NCBI GenBank assembly: GCA_050735075.1
Contig: JBOHVJ010000165.1
Span: forward strand, 1 to 44,717
Length of the DNA: 44,717 nucleotides
Reading direction: 5' to 3'
DNA from: Candidatus Binatia bacterium
GTDB lineage: Bacteria; Desulfobacterota; Binatia; UBA9968
Shown: piece by piece, positions 16,548-25,819 of the stretch
How the letters are laid out: each line of letters opens with the position of its first letter
Position numbering within the stretch: position 1 is the first letter of the stretch
The notes under the pieces: model-generated
Seen by the model: the letters and a program-made list of their open reading frames with translations, nothing else
Databases searched by the model: none
Told to the model about the DNA's origin: nothing
Made by a program: the position numbers and the translations under genes

Positions 16548-17735
16548 GTGGCAAGAAATTATCATTACATTTCGGGTGATTCGCACCTGGAAATCGACTC
16601 GAAGCATTGGATAGGACGCGTTCCGGCGCAATATCGCGATCGGGCGCCACGCCTTGTGCGCCTGCCGGATGGGAGTGACGGATGGACAATCAATAACAAG
16701 CTGGCTCGACCGGCGGCCGCAGCGGATCTCTACGGTGGCAAGGGTCGGGACCAATACGTCCCCTTCGGCGCCAAGTACGAAGGAACGCCAGGGACGGGCA
16801 GTCCGGCACAGCGGCTCCGCGAGCAAGATCAAGACGGCATTGACGCCGAAGTACTATTCCCTTCACAGCAAGGGGGACCTAAGCTTTGGCGCAACATTCA
16901 GGACGATGATGCTTACAAGGCGGTGGTTCGTGCGTACAACAGTTGGTTGGCGGAGGAGTATTGCGCTGTAAACCCAGACCGTCTCATCGGCGTGGGGATC
17001 TTGCCGTTGACGCACGATGTGGCAGATACCATTGAAGAGATGGAGTACTGCGCCAAGATGGGTCTCAAGACCGTTCTTCTCCTGGGATTTCCCAGCGGAA
17101 AGGCGTACCCATCGGAAGAAGATGATCGATTCTGGGCGGCAGCCCTGGACTTGAATATGCCGGTAAGCGTTCACGTTGATCTCGACCGCTCGGGCGAACG
17201 CGCCGGTCCTCTTTTCAAGTTCCCGCAAGAACCCGAAGGGATTATGGAGAAGATCGTTACTGGGTTGGTCGATCAGGTGGCGCGCTTTGGCCCCGTACGA
17301 GGAAGCGGTTCGGTCGCCGCGGCTCAGTGGGTTTTATCAGGACTCTTTGATCGGTTTCCAAACCTGCGGCTCTTCTTCGCCGAAAACCAGATTGGCTGGA
17401 TTCCCTTCTTCCTGCAGGGTGCGGACGTGCGTTACAACCGCCATTACCGGTGGGCTCAGCGGCTCCTGGGCTTCAAACCGCTGAGTCGTCTCCCAAGTGA
17501 GTACATCCGCGAGCACTGCCTGTGGGGCTTTCAATTCGATCGGGTTGGAGTTGAGCTACGCCACAAGATCAACGTGGATCGTCTAATCTGGGGTTCTGAC
17601 TTTCCGCACCAGGAATCCGACTGGCCTGATTCCATGCGTGTCATTGAAAGAAACTTCGCTGGCGTGCCGGAGGAGGAAAAATACAAAATGGTGTGCGGCA
17701 ACGCCGTTGAGTTCTTCCACCTAGCGCAAGCCTGA
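16548..17735 (+). CDS. Amidohydrolase_2-family metal-dependent hydrolase/decarboxylase (ACMSD-like)
   Basis: N-terminal metal ligands YISGDSHLE and C-terminal WGSDFPHQE. The length and pattern are typical of PF04909-type enzymes. Confidence 0.75.
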   Translation: MARNYHYISGDSHLEIDSKHWIGRVPAQYRDRAPRLVRLPDGSDGWTINNKLARPAAAADLYGGKGRDQYVPFGAKYEGTPGTGSPAQRLREQDQDGIDAEVLFPSQQGGPKLWRNIQDDDAYKAVVRAYNSWLAEEYCAVNPDRLIGVGILPLTHDVADTIEEMEYCAKMGLKTVLLLGFPSGKAYPSEEDDRFWAAALDLNMPVSVHVDLDRSGERAGPLFKFPQEPEGIMEKIVTGLVDQVARFGPVRGSGSVAAAQWVLSGLFDRFPNLRLFFAENQIGWIPFFLQGADVRYNRHYRWAQRLLGFKPLSRLPSEYIREHCLWGFQFDRVGVELRHKINVDRLIWGSDFPHQESDWPDSMRVIERNFAGVPEEEKYKMVCGNAVEFFHLAQA

Positions 17736-17754
17736 ATCGAAAGCGGCCATCAGG

Positions 17755-17784
17755 TTGACCCCTAGATACTTTTATGTCTATTAT
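17755..17784 (+). promoter_or_regulatory. Candidate sigma70-type promoter for nuo operon 1
   Basis: TTGACC (17755-17760), an 18-nt spacer, then TATTAT (17779-17784), 27 nt upstream of the nuoA ATG. Confidence 0.35.
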
Positions 17785-17811
17785 TTCGTTAGTCTCAGAT
17801 AGGATTACGCT

Positions 17812-18198
17812 ATGCTTTTTGAGTTTGCTAACGTCTTAGTATTTATGGTCCTTGGCGCTGCCTTTGTGGGTGTGAACCTATTGATCGGCCGCTTTCTCCG
17901 CCCCTCTAACCCCCAGGCGCGCAAGCTCTCTACCTACGAGTGCGGCGAGCCAGCCAGCGGCAGTGCCTGGGTCAATTTTAACATGCGCTTTTATATTATT
18001 GCCCTGATCTTCATCATCTTTGAGGTAGAAATTGCCTTTATCTTCCCGGTAGCGAGCACTTTTCGACGTTGGATCGAGAGCGGACAAGGGATGTTCGCCT
18101 TTATGGAGATTTTCCTGTTTATTGGCATTCTCTTTATTGGCTTGGTCTATGCCTGGGCTAAGGGCGATCTGGAGTGGGTGAAGAAGGTCAGGACGTAA
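17812..18198 (+). CDS. nuoA: NADH-quinone oxidoreductase subunit A (cluster 1)
   Basis: STYECGEP and [12 protein letters not shown] motifs; three TM helices. Confidence 0.9.
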   Translation: MLFEFANVLVFMVLGAAFVGVNLLIGRFLRPSNPQARKLSTYECGEPASGSAWVNFNMRFYIIALIFIIFEVEIAFIFPVASTFRRWIESGQGMFAFMEIFLFIGILFIGLVYAWAKGDLEWVKKVRT

Positions 18199-18210
18199 AG
18201 GAGATATTCC

Positions 18211-18723
18211 ATGCAGCCGTTAATCAACTCTCTGCCCGAAACCGTCTTTACCACGAAAGTGGATGATATTCTCAACTGGGGGCGGGCCTCCTCGCAGTGG
18301 TACATGCTATTTGGCTTGGCCTGCTGCGCCATCGAATTGATGCAGACGGGAGGGCCGCGGGCTGATGTGGATCGGTTTGGATGTGTACCCAGGGCAACTC
18401 CGCGCCAATCAGACCTGATGATCGTCGCCGGTACGCTAACCTATAAGATGGCCAAGCGGACCAAGCTGCTTTATGATCAAATGCCTGATCCCAAGTATGT
18501 GATTTCGATGGGGAGTTGTGCGAATTGTGGCGGGCTATTTCAGCTTGCCTATTCGGTCTGTAAAGGAGTGGACAAGATTATTCCAGTGGACGTTTATGTC
18601 CCTGGGTGTCCTCCCCGTCCCGAGGCATTGACAGAGGGCCTTTTAAGAATCCAGGAGAAGATGATGCGGGAGCGGTGGTTGGTCAAGCAGCCCAAAGTGG
18701 CTGAGGGATCTTTAGGGGCCTAA
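18211..18723 (+). CDS. nuoB: NADH-quinone oxidoreductase subunit B (cluster 1; the only nuoB in the window)
   Basis: N2-cluster ligands [16 protein letters not shown] and VPGCPPRPE. Confidence 0.92.
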   Translation: MQPLINSLPETVFTTKVDDILNWGRASSQWYMLFGLACCAIELMQTGGPRADVDRFGCVPRATPRQSDLMIVAGTLTYKMAKRTKLLYDQMPDPKYVISMGSCANCGGLFQLAYSVCKGVDKIIPVDVYVPGCPPRPEALTEGLLRIQEKMMRERWLVKQPKVAEGSLGA

Positions 18724-18726
18724 CAC

Positions 18727-19233
18727 GTGGGGGCAAGAGAGATATACGACAAGATCGAGCGCCAGTTTCCGGGTAAGGTCAGTGGATTTAAAGAAGAGGG
18801 TGCGGATCCCTACTTTGGTGTCGACTCTCAAGCGATTGTGGAGGTAGGTAGCTTTCTCCGGGATGAGCCGGGCTCGAAGTTCGAGATCCTCTCTGATTTG
18901 ACCTGCGTGGATCTCCCTAAAGAGAACAAGATCCAGGTCGTCTACCACCTCTATTCCTATTCCCAGCGGCATCAGATTGTGCTCAAGGTCGATCTTCCCA
19001 GGGAGGAACCTCGAGTCTCGACCGTAGAAGGGGTGTGGAAGGTAGCCAATTGGTTTGAGCGGGAGGCGTTTGACCTTTTCGGGGTTATCTTTGAAGGTCA
19101 TACTGACCTTAGAAGGATCATGCTACCCGAGGACTGGGTGGGACATCCTTTGCGCAAGGATTACGTGGAGCAGGAGGAATACGATGGAATCAGCACGCAA
19201 AGGGCGCCTCTGGTAGAGAAATTACTCCGGTGA
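18727..19233 (+). CDS. nuoC: NADH-quinone oxidoreductase subunit C (cluster 1)
   Basis: [34 protein letters not shown]; GTG start. Confidence 0.9.
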   Translation: MGAREIYDKIERQFPGKVSGFKEEGADPYFGVDSQAIVEVGSFLRDEPGSKFEILSDLTCVDLPKENKIQVVYHLYSYSQRHQIVLKVDLPREEPRVSTVEGVWKVANWFEREAFDLFGVIFEGHTDLRRIMLPEDWVGHPLRKDYVEQEEYDGISTQRAPLVEKLLR

Positions 19234-19234
19234 G

Positions 19235-20383
19235 ATGGCTATGAGCAAGGCTGTTCGCGCCGAAAGCGAAGTTTTTCATACGGAAGATATGACCATCAGC
19301 ATGGGTCCGCAGCACCCGAGCACCCATGGGGTGCTGCGCTTCGTCGTTAAGACCGATGGCGAAGTCATACGTGAGGCCATTCCGGATGTCGGTTACCTGC
19401 ACCGTTCCATAGAGAAGATTGGCGAGAAGGTAACCTGGCATGGATTTGTCCCTTATACGGATCGTGCTGACTACCTGGCGGCGATGTTTGCCAATCAAGG
19501 CTTCTGCATGGCTGCGGAAAGGCTTGGAGGTATCGAAGTGACCCGGCGTGGCGAGTTTTGCCGCGTGATCGCCTGTGAGCTGAACCGGATCGCCAGCCAC
19601 CTCATCTCCGTGGGGACCTTTGGCCAGGATATCGGGGCCATCACACCCTTCCTCCACGCGCTCAGGGAAAGAGAGACTATTAATGATCTAATGGAAATGA
19701 TATGTGGCGCGAGGCTCACATACAATTATATTAGGATCGGTGGGGTGGGCTACGACCTTACTGTGGAGACGTGCGATCGTATTACCCAGTTCCTCGATCA
19801 CTTTGAGCGCATCCTCGATGAATACAACCGTCTGATCTCTTACAACAAGATCTTTGTAGAGCGGCTGGCCCATGTGGCTCCCATCACCAAGGAGGATGCC
19901 TTTCAGTATAACATCGTAGGACCAAACCTCCGCGCCTGCGGGATCAAATGGGATATCCGGAGGGACATCCCTTACTCGGTTTATCCCGAGCTCGATTTCG
20001 ATGTGCCGGTAGGAACCGGGGAAAAGGGGACTTTGGGGGATTGCTACGATCGATATATGGTCCGCATCTTGGAGATGCAGGAGAGTTGCAAGATCCTGCG
20101 CCAATGTCTCAGGATGATGCCCGAGGGTCCAGCCATCGCCAAGGTGGCGCGCAAGTTCAAGCCCCCAGCCGGCGAGGTCTATGTACGGATTGAGAGTTCC
20201 CGTGGCGACATGGGCTTCTACGTTCTCAGCGACGGGAGCGAGTATCCTTATCGCGTACGGATTCGCACAGGTTCCTTCACCGCCATGAGCCTGGTGGACA
20301 AGATCAGTCGAGGCCTCATGGTCGCCGATCTTATCGCCCTCATCGCCAGCCTGGATGTGGATGCGCCGGAGATCGACCGGTAG
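19235..20383 (+). CDS. nuoD: NADH-quinone oxidoreductase subunit D (cluster 1)
   Basis: [13 protein letters not shown] ... GYLHRSIEK ... the C-terminus ends ...DVDAPEIDR. Confidence 0.92.
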   Translation: MAMSKAVRAESEVFHTEDMTISMGPQHPSTHGVLRFVVKTDGEVIREAIPDVGYLHRSIEKIGEKVTWHGFVPYTDRADYLAAMFANQGFCMAAERLGGIEVTRRGEFCRVIACELNRIASHLISVGTFGQDIGAITPFLHALRERETINDLMEMICGARLTYNYIRIGGVGYDLTVETCDRITQFLDHFERILDEYNRLISYNKIFVERLAHVAPITKEDAFQYNIVGPNLRACGIKWDIRRDIPYSVYPELDFDVPVGTGEKGTLGDCYDRYMVRILEMQESCKILRQCLRMMPEGPAIAKVARKFKPPAGEVYVRIESSRGDMGFYVLSDGSEYPYRVRIRTGSFTAMSLVDKISRGLMVADLIALIASLDVDAPEIDR

Positions 20384-20397
20384 GTCAAGAGGAACCC

Positions 20398-21585
20398 ATG
20401 CAAGCTTTCATCGATCAACTCATCCAAGAAGGGTACTTTCAGAGGGTGCCCAGAGAGCTCGTCTATGCGGGCTCTATGGTCCTCGTGGCCTTTGTCGTCC
20501 TCTCTTTTTTTGTCGCTCCCCTGGCTGGAGTTACGAGCTGGTTGGAAAGGAGGGTTTGGGGGAGGATGCAGTCGCGGGTTGGACCCAATCGGGTAGGGCC
20601 TCAGGGGATCCTCCAGTGGCTTGCGGACGGAATCAAGAATTTGCTTAAAGAGGATATCATTCCTACGGCTGCGGATAAGCGGCTCTTTGCCCTTGCCCCC
20701 TATATCGTCTTCATCGGCTTCTTGGCCGCCTTTGTCGTGATCCCTTTCGGCAGTCAGCTCATCGTAGCTGACCTCAACATCGGGATTTTTTATCTCCTCG
20801 CTGTGACCTCTCTGGTTGTGGTCGGCATCTTGATGGCGGGTTGGTCCTCCAATAACAAGTGGTCTCTCCTGGGAGGCATGCGTTCTGCGGCGCAGATTGT
20901 CAGTTATGAAATCCCTGCAGGGCTTGCCATCTTAACCATCATTTTCGTGGCCGGGACCATGAGCATGCAGGGAATTATCAAAGCCCAAGGCTGGGCCCCT
21001 TGGGACTGGTATCTCTTCTATAATCCCTTTACCTTTATCGCCTTTTTCCTTTACTTCACTGCGGCCTTGGCCGAGGGTAACCGTACGCCGTTTGACATCC
21101 CGGAGGCGGAATCCGAGCTTGTGGCCGGCTATGTCACCGAATACAGCGGGATGCGTTTCCTCTTCTTCTTCTTTGCCGAATGGGGGAACCTCTATGTCAT
21201 TGGCGCGGTGGCGACAACCCTTTTCTTGGGTGGTTGGCAGATCCCCCCGATACCGGATTATCCGGTTCTGGAGGGCATCCTTCAGTTCATCGTTTTCTTC
21301 TTGAAGGCCTATCTCTGGGTGTTTGTGGCCATGTGGGTTAGAGGGACTCTTCCTAGGGTTAGGGTCGATCAGTTGATGTCCCTTTGCTGGAAGTACATGG
21401 TTCCTCTTTCCTTTATCTGCCTCTTGGGGACGGCGGCGTGGATGGTAATCTGGCCGCAGGGCAACCGGGTGGCAAGCATGGCCATGTTCCTCATAGGTCT
21501 AGTGATCCTGGCTCTGTTCTTCAAGCGGGTGAACTATCAGATCCGTCATGCGCGCCCGATCCTTTACCTGAAACCCTATATTTAA
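20398..21585 (+). CDS. nuoH: NADH-quinone oxidoreductase subunit H (cluster 1); directly follows nuoD
   Basis: ERRVWGRMQSRVGPNRVGPQGILQ and EAESELVAGYVTEYSGMRF. It has a longer than usual N-terminus. Confidence 0.9.
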   Translation: MQAFIDQLIQEGYFQRVPRELVYAGSMVLVAFVVLSFFVAPLAGVTSWLERRVWGRMQSRVGPNRVGPQGILQWLADGIKNLLKEDIIPTAADKRLFALAPYIVFIGFLAAFVVIPFGSQLIVADLNIGIFYLLAVTSLVVVGILMAGWSSNNKWSLLGGMRSAAQIVSYEIPAGLAILTIIFVAGTMSMQGIIKAQGWAPWDWYLFYNPFTFIAFFLYFTAALAEGNRTPFDIPEAESELVAGYVTEYSGMRFLFFFFAEWGNLYVIGAVATTLFLGGWQIPPIPDYPVLEGILQFIVFFLKAYLWVFVAMWVRGTLPRVRVDQLMSLCWKYMVPLSFICLLGTAAWMVIWPQGNRVASMAMFLIGLVILALFFKRVNYQIRHARPILYLKPYI

Positions 21586-21609
21586 TAATAACTGATCATT
21601 CGAGGGCCT

Positions 21610-22179
21610 ATGCGCGAGCTAATCGGATATATCAAGAATATTATGGAGACGGTCGCAACGATCTTTGAGGGAATGGCCATTACCTTCTCCCATCTTGTGC
21701 GGCGTCCGATGACGATCCAGTATCCGGATCGAATAGAGAAACCGGTTCAGGAGACACTGCCTCTTAGGTACCGGGGGATACTGGAAGTGGATATGGATAT
21801 CTGTACGGGCTGCCTTGCCTGTGAGAGGGTCTGCCCGATTACTTGTATCACCATCGGCATCGAAATGAACAAAGAGACTAAGCAGCGTGCGTTCACGCAC
21901 TTTGATATTGATATCTGTAAATGCATGTACTGTGGCCTCTGTGCAGAGGTTTGCCCGACAGGATCGATTCGCCATTCTCAGGAGTTCGAAGGGGCTTGTT
22001 ATAATCCGGCGGGTTTGGTTCGGCATTTTGTCACCGAACCGGTTTTGCTCTATAAGCCCAAAAAGGGCGGCGAGACTGACCCCAGATTGGTTACGAAGGT
22101 TGAGGTGGGGCTGAAATATCTGGATGAATTTGCTACCCCAGAAGGAAAGGCAGGAGGAGCTGGCGCAGAGGAGGGGTAG
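21610..22179 (+). CDS. nuoI: NADH-quinone oxidoreductase subunit I (2 x [4Fe-4S])
   Basis: CTGCLACERVCP and CMYCGLCAEVCP. Confidence 0.9.
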   Translation: MRELIGYIKNIMETVATIFEGMAITFSHLVRRPMTIQYPDRIEKPVQETLPLRYRGILEVDMDICTGCLACERVCPITCITIGIEMNKETKQRAFTHFDIDICKCMYCGLCAEVCPTGSIRHSQEFEGACYNPAGLVRHFVTEPVLLYKPKKGGETDPRLVTKVEVGLKYLDEFATPEGKAGGAGAEEG

Positions 22180-22248
22180 GGGGAATCTTCCTGTTATTGA
22201 CCCAAAGGGCCTTCGGCTTTTTGGGGTCCCAAAGAGAGATAGAACGTC

Positions 22249-22749
22249 ATGGAACTTGCCACGATCACTTTTTATGTGGTCGCGCTCATCACGGTTGGCT
22301 CCGCCGCGATGGTGGCCTTTTCTCGTAACATCATTTACTCGGCCTTCTCTCTCCTCGGAACCTTTGCCGGTGTCGCTGGGATCTACGTTTTTCTTGGGGC
22401 AGACTTTGTAGCGGGCGTGCAGGTATTGATCTATGTGGGGGGCATCCTGGTCCTCATCCTTTTTGCCGTTATGCTGACCCACAGGATCACCGATGTCCAG
22501 ATCACTAACCGTTCGGTTGGCAGGATACCGGCCCTGGTGGCCATCGGCATCATTATCCTACTTCTTGCACAGAGTATCCTTGAGACCCCTTGGGTGAAGG
22601 CTAAAGAGATCCTCTATGCCCCGACGACCGCGAGAATTGGCGATCTCTTTTTGGCAGACTATCTCCTACCCTTTGAGCTTGCCTCCTTGGTTTTGCTTGC
22701 GGCTCTGATCGGTGCCGTGGTTCTCTCCCGCAAGGAGCTCAAGGAGTGA
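22249..22749 (+). CDS. nuoJ: NADH-quinone oxidoreductase subunit J
   Basis: Hydrophobic 166-aa protein with GVQVLIYVGGILVL. Its position in the operon fits. Confidence 0.85.
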   Translation: MELATITFYVVALITVGSAAMVAFSRNIIYSAFSLLGTFAGVAGIYVFLGADFVAGVQVLIYVGGILVLILFAVMLTHRITDVQITNRSVGRIPALVAIGIIILLLAQSILETPWVKAKEILYAPTTARIGDLFLADYLLPFELASLVLLAALIGAVVLSRKELKE

Positions 22750-22751
22750 CA

Positions 22752-22921
22752 GACCGTTGAAAAAGGCCCATATGCTTCGTGACAGGGTGTTGAAAAACCT
22801 TTTCCATATGGTCATTCTGAGCGAAGCGAAGAATCTCACTCGAAGAAAAACAATGGGTTATGAGATTCTTCGTCGCCTGCGGCTCCTCAGAATGACTGGT
22901 ACTGTGAGTTTTTCAACGGTC
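22752..22921. repeat. Nested palindromic (REP/MITE-like) element in the nuoJ-nuoK spacer
   Basis: The outer inverted repeat is GACCGTTGAAAAA (22752-22764) / TTTTTCAACGGTC (22909-22921). The inner long hairpin is GTCATTCTGAGCGAAGCGAAGAATCTCA (22811-22838) / TGAGATTCTTCGTCG...CTCAGAATGAC (22861-22896). Confidence 0.8.
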
Positions 22922-22950
22922 GCATCGAAGTCTGACAGGGGGGACGCTTG

Positions 22951-23259
22951 ATGGCGATTGGACTTACTCACTATCTCTTGATTGGGGCCATCCTTTTCGC
23001 CCTCGGCCTTTACACCGTTCTCACCCGGCGAAATGCAATCAGTATCCTAATGGGGGTAGAGTTAATCCTGAACTCGGCCAATATTAATTACGTGGCCTTC
23101 TCTCACTTCGGTACTGGGAACGTGGAAGGTCAGATCTATGCGATCTTTGTGATTATGCTGGCCGCAGCCGAGGCGGCCGTTGGCCTGGCCATTGTCCTCG
23201 CCATTTTCCAAATCTTTCATACCATCGACGTGGAGGCGGCGGAGACGCTGAAAGAGTAG
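22951..23259 (+). CDS. nuoK: NADH-quinone oxidoreductase subunit K
   Basis: MAIGLTHYLLIGAILFALGLY...MGVELILNSANIN. I preferred ATG 22951 over TTG 22948. Confidence 0.88.
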   Translation: MAIGLTHYLLIGAILFALGLYTVLTRRNAISILMGVELILNSANINYVAFSHFGTGNVEGQIYAIFVIMLAAAEAAVGLAIVLAIFQIFHTIDVEAAETLKE

Positions 23260-23377
23260 TTAAAGGGATCAAGGGATAAAGGGGGCAGACAATTTTGGAT
23301 TGCCGATTTTGGATTAGTCTAAAATCAAAAATCTAGCCAAAGATATTTGAAATTTTGCTGGGCCTCTTGAAAAACCT

Positions 23378-23462
23378 CCGTTCACCCTTCGACGCGCTCA
23401 GGGCGAACGGAAAGGAGCTTGAAATCATTGACAATTATCCGTTCATGCTGAGCTTGTCGAAG
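23378..23462. repeat. Inverted pair of a CTTCGAC..GCTCAG..GAACGG repeat family in the nuoK-nuoL spacer
   Basis: The local hairpin is CCGTTCACCC-N13-GGGCGAACGG (23378-23410). CTTCGACGCGCTCAGGGCGAACGG (23387-23410) is mirrored by CCGTTCATGCTGAGCTTGTCGAAG (23439-23462), 19/24 by hand. A degenerate third copy is at 25761-25783 in the nuoL-nuoM spacer. Confidence 0.7.
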
Positions 23463-23567
23463 CACAAAATGTTAGAGATGAATTCTCACATTCGGAGCGT
23501 AAGAATCTAAAATCGCAAATCGGGGAAGGGTTGAAGGGTAAAGAGATTAAGAGTTCAGGAGATAAAG

Positions 23568-23662
23568 GCAAAATGTCGATCGCAAATTTCAAAACGCAAA
23601 ATGAATAAAGAAGCAGCCGGAAGTTTTGACTTTTGCACTTTGCAATTTGCATTTTGAAATGC
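23568..23662. repeat. TTTGCA-rich imperfect palindromic element immediately upstream of nuoL
   Basis: The arms are ...CGCAAATTTCAAAACGCAAAATGAA... and ...TTTTGACTTTTGCACTTTGCAATTTGCATTTTGAAATGC. The 23-nt core TTTTGACTTTTGCACTTTGCAAT (23624-23646) matches the reverse complement of 43321-43343 at 22/23. Confidence 0.8.
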
Positions 23663-23682
23663 GCCGCAGGCGCAAGGGTTAA

Positions 23683-25725
23683 ATGGATCATCCTATACAG
23701 ACAGATCATCTTCGCTGGATCGTTCTTCTTCCTTTGCTTGGGGCAGCCGTCAACGGGTTGCTTGGGGCAAGCCTGCAGAGGCGACTCGGAAAATGGACGA
23801 TCAGCCTCTTTGCCTGCGCCCCGGTGCTAATTTCTTTTCTCCTCTCCCTTCAGGCCTTCCTCACTCTCTTGGGATTAAAACCCGAAGAGCGGTTTTTGAT
23901 CGACCGCCTCTATTCTTGGCTCTCACTTGGCACCCTCAATGTCGATGTGGCCTTTTGGATTGATCCCCTCTCTGCGGTGATGATCCTCGTAGTTACCGGT
24001 GTGGGAGGGCTGATCCATATCTACTCCGTTGGCTACATGCATGAGGATAAATCCTACTGGCGCTACTTTGCCTTTCTCAATCTCTTTACCTTCGCAATGC
24101 TGCTTCTAGTCACTGCAGATAACCTTCTTCTCATGTTTATCGGTTGGGAAGGGGTGGGTCTATGCTCTTATGCCCTGATTGGTTTTTGGTACCAGGATCA
24201 CGTCAATACCAGGGCAGGCAATAAGGCCTTTATCGTCAATCGTGTCGGTGATTTTGGTTTTATCCTTGGGGTTTTCCTCATCTTCTGGTCTCTGGAGCAG
24301 GAGGGTCATGGGACACTAACCTTTCGCGAAATCGAGAAGTTTACTGCTCTTTTGAAGGGCCAGGAGATCTGGGGTATGGGAGTTATTACCCTCACGACCT
24401 TGTTCCTATTCATCGGCGCCACAGGGAAATCGGCCCAGATTCCGCTTTATGTCTGGCTCCCCGATGCGATGCAAGGTCCAACCCCGGTCAGTGCCCTCAT
24501 CCATGCTGCGACCATGGTGACCGCCGGGGTTTACATGGTTGCCCGTCTGCACTTTCTCTACTCCCTCGCCCCTCTCACGCTGGAGGTGATCGCAGTCATC
24601 GGCATTGCCACAGCTCTTCTCGCCGCGACTATTGCTCTAACCCAAAATGACATTAAGCGCGTCTTGGCCTATTCCACGATTAGCCAATTAGGGTATATGT
24701 TTTTGGCCACCGGCGTGGCTGCCTACGGTGCAGCTATTTTCCACCTTATGACCCACGCCTTCTTTAAGGCCTGCCTCTTTCTCGGTTCTGGAAGCGTTAT
24801 CCATGCGCTGGGAGGGGAACAGGACATGAGAAAAATGGGCGGGCTCAGGCGCTCAATGCCTTACACCTTTTGGACCTTTGCGATCGGGGTTCTGGCTATT
24901 TCCGGCACGCCGTTGACGGCGGGCTTTTTTTCCAAGGACGAAATCCTGTGGCAGGTTTTTTCTAGCCCGCACGGTTCTAGTCTGCTATGGGTGTTTGCGG
25001 TAGGTGGGGCGGGGCTTACTGCCTTTTATATGTTCCGCCAGTTCTTCCTCGTCTTTTTTGGTGAATGTCGTGCCGATAGTCACGCTCAGTCCCATCTCCA
25101 TGAGTCGCCCAAGGTGATGACCACTCCGCTGGTGCTCCTGGCCATCGGCTCCATTGTGGCAGGCTGGATCGGGCTTCCGGCAATTCTCGGCGGTAGCCTC
25201 TTTGCTGAATGGCTGGAGCCTGTCTTGGGCAAGCATCATGAGGCGCATGCCTCGGCGACTTTGGAAGAGATATTGATGGCCGTCTCAGTAGGTGTTGCCG
25301 CGTTGGGCTTTTACCTCGCCTATCTCCTCTATTATCGGCGAGCGCTAGCGCCCGAGCGTTTTTCCTCTCTGGCCGGTGGGCTGCCCTACCGCTTGTTCTA
25401 TAACAAGTATTACATCGATGAGATCTATCAGCTTGTCTTTGTAGGCGGCACGCTGTTGCTAGCCCGCGTCGGCGCCTGGATCGATCGATATATTATCGAC
25501 TTTATTGTCGATGGTTCGGCTAAGACGACCGCCTTTATCTCCTGGCTTAACGGTCTCTTTGATAACTATGTGGTCGATTGGCTTGTCAACGCGGTCGCCA
25601 ATGTGACCTTCTGGTCTGGCAATAAATTCCGAAGGGTCCAAACCGGGAACATCAACAGCTACCTTTACGTGATCTTGGGAGCGGTGGTCCTCACCATCAT
25701 CATCAGGTTGCGGTTTTCGAGCTGA
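23683..25725 (+). CDS. nuoL: NADH-quinone oxidoreductase subunit L
   Basis: 680-aa antiporter-like subunit: WEGVGLCSY, GKSAQIPLYVWLPDAM, and a long C-terminal lateral-helix region. Confidence 0.92.
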   Translation: MDHPIQTDHLRWIVLLPLLGAAVNGLLGASLQRRLGKWTISLFACAPVLISFLLSLQAFLTLLGLKPEERFLIDRLYSWLSLGTLNVDVAFWIDPLSAVMILVVTGVGGLIHIYSVGYMHEDKSYWRYFAFLNLFTFAMLLLVTADNLLLMFIGWEGVGLCSYALIGFWYQDHVNTRAGNKAFIVNRVGDFGFILGVFLIFWSLEQEGHGTLTFREIEKFTALLKGQEIWGMGVITLTTLFLFIGATGKSAQIPLYVWLPDAMQGPTPVSALIHAATMVTAGVYMVARLHFLYSLAPLTLEVIAVIGIATALLAATIALTQNDIKRVLAYSTISQLGYMFLATGVAAYGAAIFHLMTHAFFKACLFLGSGSVIHALGGEQDMRKMGGLRRSMPYTFWTFAIGVLAISGTPLTAGFFSKDEILWQVFSSPHGSSLLWVFAVGGAGLTAFYMFRQFFLVFFGECRADSHAQSHLHESPKVMTTPLVLLAIGSIVAGWIGLPAILGGSLFAEWLEPVLGKHHEAHASATLEEILMAVSVGVAALGFYLAYLLYYRRALAPERFSSLAGGLPYRLFYNKYYIDEIYQLVFVGGTLLLARVGAWIDRYIIDFIVDGSAKTTAFISWLNGLFDNYVVDWLVNAVANVTFWSGNKFRRVQTGNINSYLYVILGAVVLTIIIRLRFSS

Positions 25726-25819
25726 CTGTTCGTGGCTCGTAATCGTATGTGAGCACGAGACTTCGGCGAGCTCAGTCGAGCCGCAGCGAGCACGACAAAC
25801 GATTAGGAGACTCTAAAAG

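Noticed and set aside
21619-22482. A 287-aa minus-strand ORF spanning nuoI and the start of nuoJ.
   Set aside because: It overlaps two well-supported nuo genes on the other strand and has no recognisable domain.
22712-22951. A 79-aa ORF in the nuoJ-nuoK spacer (…VILSEAKNLTRRK…).
   Set aside because: It is the translation of a palindromic repeat element. The peptide arises from the hairpin arms and is not a credible protein.
23443-23830. Short ORFs 23443..23709 (-) and 23633..23830 (+) in or around the nuoK-nuoL spacer.
   Set aside because: They are composed of repeat-element sequence or overlap the nuoL start. They have no RBS and no motifs.
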